A DNA stretch of 64,000 nucleotides, from contig NC_083237.1 of assembly GCF_032191835.1 (NCBI RefSeq), positions 40,300,001 through 40,364,000 of the forward strand, read 5' to 3'. Shown here in pieces: positions 58,139-64,000 of the stretch (position 1 is its first letter; every line of letters begins with the position of its first letter). A program made the translations under genes and the position numbers. Source of the DNA: Heteronotia binoei (Eukaryota). Below the pieces are notes generated by a model. That model was not told the DNA's origin. It searched no databases and worked only from the letters and a program-made list of their open reading frames with translations.

Positions 58139-58710
58139 GACCTGGAGATCTCCTAGAATTACAACTGATCTCCAGTTTCTTTGAAGAAAAATGGAGGGTT
58201 TGGAGTGCAGAGAAATATATAGGCCTCAATCCAAGCTACCGAGCCACACCGAAATAGAAAGTATTTTCATGAATTAAATGTAGAACTCACACCAGAACCT
58301 GTTTTTTCATTCCACATTCACAAGAACACCAGTGTTAACTGTTCCTACCCTTATCCACTGTTATCCTGCAGGCCAGTTGCAAAGCCTGGGTGAGTATGTC
58401 AAGAGCAGAAACCTTCAGGGGAACTGGGACATCTCTAGATTTCTTGTGAATTGCCCCTCTCTGAATTCCTTATTGCATCCTTGTATCTCTAGGTGGAACT
58501 GTTTTAAAAATGGACAAGCAAACAATAGAACCAAAAGCTTAATTTCTAAGAAGAGAGATCAGTTCCTAGGTCTAGACTTGTTGCACCTTATTAACATGAT
58601 TCCCTTCCTCCTGAATCCCTCCATCCTGATTCTAGTGGAGAAGTGACATTGAGGTGCTTCTAGCTCCAGGTGTATAAGGTTAAATCTTAACCCAGGCACA
58701 CAGCATGCGT

Positions 58711-59650
58711 TAGGGTTGCCAATTCGCAGTTGGGGGCAGGGGATCCATGTAGGCTTCCCACCCCCCCCACTCTGGCGGGGGACCCCCGAATTTGCAGCCT
58801 CTTCCCCCACTCTCCAAAAATCCAGAAGCGGGAGGGGAACGGTGCTTCCCCCTCACAGTGCCCGGCCGCCGCCACAGCAACACCAGCACCACCACCACCA
58901 GCGCCGCCGGCCTGGGCACAGGCAGCAGCCACTGCCCGCCCCTGCCACCCACTGCCGCCATCGCCGCTGCTGCAGCCCGAGCTACAGGCTGCCTGAGGAG
59001 GGCGGCAGAGGGTCTCCTCTCCCTCCGTCCCACCAGGCCCCGGCGAAGGAAGAGGCCGGCCACCGCCGGCCGAGGCCCACCAGCCCCAACCCACAGCGGC
59101 GGGAGCAGTGCGGAGCCTCGTCCCCCCCCCTTCCCACACTTGGAAGCCCACCACCGAGCGGCCAGGTGGGAGGAGGCGGCGGCGCCGATGCGCAAGGAGA
59201 GGAGAGGAGAAGAGAAGCGAAGCAAAGTGGAAAGGGGAGAGGAGGGGGCGCTGGCCAGACGCCTGCCTGGACTGCCTGGCCTTTGTTTCCTGGCGCCTCC
59301 AGGAGCCTCTCCTCTCTCAGCAGTGCAGCCTCCTCTGACCTTCCCTCTCCCTTGGAGGGTGCCGGGGAGGGAGGGAGCAGGGAAGGCCCCCACCAGAGAT
59401 CTGGAGGGGGACTGGGGGGAACATGGAGTCCTGCAGTGGCGCCTCTCTGCTTCCTCTTTTTCCCGGGCTGGAAGAAGAATTTGGCTTGTTCACCTTTGCA
59501 GCAGCAGGAGAACAGGTGAGCTCAGGAATTCTTCAAATCGGTTTGTGGGAAGAGGCGAGGGGACATTTGCACGGGAGTGGAAGAGGAAGAGGTGGCCGGA
59601 GGAAGCATCCAGAGAGACCCTCCCTCTCCCCGGACTTTTTGGATGGGCAT
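58711..59650. other. CpG-rich block beginning with two stacked hAT-like termini, possibly a captured first exon
   Basis: Abrupt GC/CpG-rich island in AT-rich DNA. TAGGGTTGCCA at 58711 and TAGGCTTCCCA at 58750. Minus-strand Kozak ATG at 58961 followed by a signal-peptide-like segment. Confidence 0.5.
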
Positions 59651-60772
59651 GTGAGTAAAGTAGCTGCAGAGTGTGGAGTCTTCATAGGAAACCATCCCAA
59701 TTGCTTAGCTGCATAAAGGCTAAGAGATACTATAAACTAGCAATCCAGGGTCTAGGATAAAAAGCAAGCGTTTATTCGAGCAAATTGTGATTTTAGCGCT
59801 TGCTAGGGTTGTCAATCCCCAGGTGCATCAGAAGTATAATAATCTTCTCCCAGGATTTGCTGCCCATAACCCAAAAGTAGAACAAAGCTGAAACTTTTCT
59901 TTGAGGGTGAGCTTGGTTCAGTTTTACTGTCGTTGGACAATTGAGGTGTTCTTTCCTGCTGAGGGTTGTGCCTCTCTCCAACAACTTGTGAAATGAGAAT
60001 AACTGGATATCCCCCATCAGCATTCCCCCTTTTCTTTGCTGTTCACACATTTATTAATAATAAATCACTTGAGTTTAGACTCAAACAAAGTTAGACCTAG
60101 CACTTCAGAAGACAGGATAAGATGAACTGCTCAAGGTAACTAAGATCACCCACTTTCAAACAAAAACTAAATATGAGGTTATATGTTATCGAAGGCTTTC
60201 ACAGTGTACATTAGTTGTTGTTTTCTAGGCTGTAATAAATATGAGGTTACTAAGAAATATCAAATAGGAGAGAAGAGGAACAAAAACAGGTAAGACTAAG
60301 CTACAACAGTAAACAATCCCTTCATAGAGCAACTATTTATTTATTTTATTTTATTTATATCCCACCCTCCCCACCGAAGGCGGGCTTAGAGCAGCTCACA
60401 GGTTAGGGTCAAAAAATGACCAAACAACTGGAAGTCCTAAATGAGTACAAACTATAGGTGTCCTGTGTCATCAGCTCTTTATTTTTTCAAGATGTATTTT
60501 TTCAAGGTTATGTAGAGAGAGGCTGCATTTATTTTATGCAAAAGACTATGAGAGAGGTAGATGTGCACAGTTATCCTGCCCCATCCACAGATTACTTGTT
60601 CCACTTTTGTACACTTAGTTAGCACTGTGAATTTGTGAAAGAACACTGCTTTCACTTTTGAGGTATTTCATCAGTATAGCGATTTTTGAAGCAGATTCTC
60701 ACATGCAGAGACATTTTTTTCTTTTAATACACCACCATTGCATTAAATCATTTATTGATAAGCCTTTAACCC

Positions 60773-61711
60773 TTAGTGCTCAGAAGAGAGTCTATGAGCT
60801 GCCTTTTTGAGAGCCTCCTTGAACTCCTGGTTCCTTAAGCAGTAGATGATGGGATTCAGCAGTGGTGTTAAGACTGTGTAGACAACAGACACTAGCTTGT
60901 TGCAATCAAATGCTGTGAGGGCCTTTGGCCGGGCATAAATGAATAGGGAGGCAGCATAGAAAATGGTGACTACTAGAAGGTGTGAGGTACAGGTGGAAAA
61001 AGCTTTTTGCTTCCCTTTGGCTGAAGGGATGCGAAGAATTGTGGATATGATGCAGAAGTAGGATGCAATTGTCACAGAGAGTGGAGCAAGGAGGATGAGC
61101 AAGGCCAGCAAGAAGTCAATAAGTTCGGCCAATGACATGTCAGTGCAGGCCAAGTTGAGAAGTGGGGAGACATCGCAGAAGAAGTGGTTGACAGTGTTGG
61201 GTCCACAGTAGCTCAAGCGGGAGATGAAGAAGACTTTCCCCATAGCTATGAAAAAACCACTCAGCCATGAACCAGCTGCCAAGCGGATACAGAGCTCTTG
61301 ACTCATTATAGCTGGATAACGCAGTGGGTTACATATAGCAACATAGCGGTCATAGGCCATAACGGCTAGGAGTACACATTCTGTACATGCGAGACCCAGG
61401 AAGAAGTAGAGCTGGGCCATGCAACCAGGGAAAGAAATAGCCTTCTTCTCTGACACAAACCCTATAAGCATCTTAGGAACAGTGACAGAGACATACCAGA
61501 TCTCCAGAAAAGAAAGATTACTCAGGAAAAGGTACATAGGTTTATGAAGGCTGACATTCACCCGGATTAGTGTTATTATTACCACATTTTCTATAACTGT
61601 CAATGCATACACAATCATGAAGATGGTAAATAGTGTTAACTGTAGTCGAAGGCTTCCAGGGAAACCTATTAGGATAAATACAGTTACTTGTGTCTTGTTT
61701 GTCCATTGCAT
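60773..61711 (-). CDS. Olfactory receptor OR-D, family 6 (OR6B-like), intact 312 aa
   Basis: NKT site, [60 protein letters not shown]. Acceptor ttttttccag at about 61734. Confidence 0.95.
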   Translation of the reverse strand: MQWTNKTQVTVFILIGFPGSLRLQLTLFTIFMIVYALTVIENVVIITLIRVNVSLHKPMYLFLSNLSFLEIWYVSVTVPKMLIGFVSEKKAISFPGCMAQLYFFLGLACTECVLLAVMAYDRYVAICNPLRYPAIMSQELCIRLAAGSWLSGFFIAMGKVFFISRLSYCGPNTVNHFFCDVSPLLNLACTDMSLAELIDFLLALLILLAPLSVTIASYFCIISTILRIPSAKGKQKAFSTCTSHLLVVTIFYAASLFIYARPKALTAFDCNKLVSVVYTVLTPLLNPIIYCLRNQEFKEALKKAAHRLSSEH

Positions 61712-61856
61712 CCTGGATTATATTGTTGTAGAGCTGGAAAAAAAAATTCAGAATAAAGCTCTATGTCATGCTTTCTTGCACATGAATTCTTTACAGTCAT
61801 ATTACATCAAGCACAGAATAATATTTGAAGTAGTTATATTGATAACTTTTCACACT

Positions 61857-63225
61857 GGTCGTTTTCGCACTAGCGTTTACTCCGGGGTGGCATCCCATTT
61901 ACCTCCGGATCTTTTCCTGGATTTCGCACATGTTGCTCCGCGGCTGCGGTTTGCTCCGGGGCTTCAGGGGTTTCACCCCGGAGTATCTTGATCCACATGC
62001 TTCCGGAGTTTCCGAAAACCTGCGGATCCACACCGGATCCACTCCGCGGAGTTTGCTGTGGGAAATCCATCCACCCCGCATCGACTGCTTTGTGGGCGGC
62101 ACCCTCTGCCTTTCTGTCCTCCCACTCCATCCACATCCTTGGCCAATCATCAGCCGTTCACGGCATTCCCAAAAGTGCCCGCACGGCCATTTTTTTTAAA
62201 AAAACTTCATATTTCTTGCGTAATAGCGATATTTTGAAATAAACAAATAATAATAATAAAAAACCTGGAATAGCCTCAATTGCCACTTCACTGTTCCTGT
62301 AGTTTTATGCTGTTCCTGTAGTTTTACAGGGTCGCGCAGCTCGAGGCGGACCCTGGCCCCCTGCTCGCTCGCCTGGGCTCCGCTGCCGCTCCTGCTGCAC
62401 AGCTCCTAATCGCTAATCGCTGGCTTACAGCACACACTGCCTCTCTCTACTCCTCTGCCTTGAAATTTTATACCTCCCTCCCATGACGACTCTGAGACCG
62501 GGACGGGGAAAGGGGGAGCCAAAGAGGGTTCTCCAAGCCCAACCTTCGCATGTGTTCAACAGACGCGTCTTGTGGAAAGGCTGGGAGGGAGCGAGGCTGG
62601 GAAGGGAAGAAGCTGCCACACACACAAACACCCTCTCTCTCTCTCGATTACCCCTCGATTTCTCTCTCTCTCTTCAGGCTGTCAGCGTTATTGCGATATT
62701 TCACAACTTCGGAATTTGGTCATACGGAACTATGAAATCAGGGTCGATCCCTGCGGACATAAGTGTTGGGGGGGGGGAAATCTAGTGCTGGGAGGCTTCT
62801 CATGGAAGTGAGACTCCTTGCATATGCATTAATCAGTTGGCATCCGACGTACAGACACAAAAGCAAAACCTCCACTCTGGAATAAAGACATGCCATAGTC
62901 TCGTTATCCAGATTCTCCACTGTGAATGCTTCTGTCAATACATAAAGGGCTGTGGAGGATGCTACAGCTGCAGCCAATCCATAAGCAGAAGCAGCACACG
63001 TGATGTGGTTTGCCCACGAAAAGAAGGGGAAGGAACCGCTGTGACCGCTCATTGTTACGTTGTTACGTAGTAACGCAACCAGACTTGCGCTTAAAAAAAA
63101 ATGATTGACAGGGCATCGAACTCAAGTCGATGCGCAAAAGAGGCAATGTGCGAAAACGAGGAAAATGATCCGGACATATTTCCTCCGCGAAATACCGGTA
63201 GCAAACGCTAAGTGCGAAAACGCCC
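61857..63225. mobile_element. Non-autonomous PIF/Harbinger-type DNA transposon (1369 bp)
   Basis: TIRs ggtcgttttcgcactagcgttt / aaacgctaagtgcgaaaacgccc (same type as 29184-29469), 3-bp TSD ACT, CpG-rich subterminal regions. Confidence 0.82.
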
Positions 63226-63661
63226 ACTGATTTTCTTAAGCAGAGCCAAAACCCAACGGTTTAAAGCTTTTCCAATTCGATACACAAACCAATGAAATTG
63301 TTATGCAGCCCAGCCGTGATCCATAGCAGCTTGATCTCAAATTGTAACAGAGAAGACATTTTATGCTACCTGTGATAATGGATTTTCATGAACATTCCAA
63401 CTTCTGAAGGACACTGTCAACAATGGAAGAGAGTCTGAAATACGAGTATGAAATATTAGTTTAGCTGGGCAAATCCAAAACAGGCCAGAGCGATAAGAAG
63501 ATAGGATGGAGACATTGCCAGTGATAATTTGTCCTGATAAGGGAGTATGGTTTTAAAGTCAGGGTACCATAGACACTGGGCTGCAAAACAAGACCTAATG
63601 CCTGATCTCAGCTGAAGCTTTCAGTGGAATCAGATAAATAACATCACCTAACAGACAACTT

Positions 63662-63866
63662 GCCCTGAACTGGATAGCCCAGTCTAGCCTTCTGTCTCCA
63701 GATCTTGGAAGCTAAGCAGGTGCAACCTTGCGTTAGTATTTGGATGGAAGACCACCAGGAAAATACCAGGATCATTACACAAAGGCAGGCAATGGCAAAC
63801 CTCCTTTGAACTTCTGTTGCCTTGATACCTTTATGGTGTTGCCATAAGTCAGTTGTGGCTTTATGG
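63662..63866 (+). mobile_element. 5S rRNA-derived SINE with Sauria/RTE-like tail
   Basis: gatcttggaagctaagcagg...gttagtatttggatggaagaccaccaggaaatacc (5S-like), then gcaggcaatggcaaacc...gccataagtcagttgtg. Confidence 0.7.
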
Positions 63867-64000
63867 GGAAAAAAGAGAGAGGGAAAGAAGATAAGCTTCT
63901 ACTAAAGGGAAGGAACTTTTTTTTTCCTTAGGAAGTTGGCTACCTTGATGGGGTGGATTTTCTACTTAGGATATGAGATGTGATTTCTGTTAAAATCTTA

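Noticed and set aside
58716-59658. Plus-strand 267-aa and 288-aa ORFs as real genes
   Set aside because: Low-complexity products expected from stop-poor GC-rich DNA. They begin in transposon terminal sequence and show no recognisable domain.
59727-59745. ctagcaatccag as the right TIR closing the CpG block
   Set aside because: Too degenerate, and no 8-bp TSD matches either left terminus.
63662-63775. 5S rRNA gene (also 8-108, 7345-7430, about 11280-11345)
   Set aside because: Partial, heavily substituted, dispersed and joined to SINE tails, with no tandem array or poly-T terminator.
1-64000. CRISPR array, prokaryotic operon or contamination
   Set aside because: No regularly spaced repeat-spacer array or bacterial gene organisation. 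The recombinase and RT genes belong to eukaryotic retroelements.

Overview
Vertebrate genomic DNA from a squamate reptile, probably a gecko (inferred from Squam2/Squam3/Sauria-type SINEs, 5S-derived SINEs and BovB/RTE ends). The window is part of a class II olfactory receptor (OR) cluster. It holds four intact single-exon ORs, one OR lacking an in-frame ATG and one truncated, frameshifted OR pseudogene, all in a dense, nested transposon landscape. The large elements are a degenerate CR1 LINE, an Ngaro-type tyrosine-recombinase retrotransposon, a full-length near-intact L1 with an 18-bp TSD, and a Tf1/sushi-type chromoviral Gypsy element with both LTRs. Smaller ones include solo LTRs, hAT and PIF/Harbinger MITEs and Penelope-type termini. 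A recent 6-7 kb tandem duplication has its breakpoint inside an OR coding sequence, so the OR at 27892-28857 is a chimera of its two neighbours. Other highlights are a self-priming PBS and a -1 frameshift pseudoknot in the Gypsy element, decayed minimal hammerhead ribozymes, conserved OR 5'-UTR splice donors, and an unexplained CpG-rich block behind hAT termini that looks like a captured signal-peptide first exon. I see no CRISPR array, no true tRNA or rRNA gene, and no clearly new enzymatic system. All alignments were done by eye, so TE family names are provisional.
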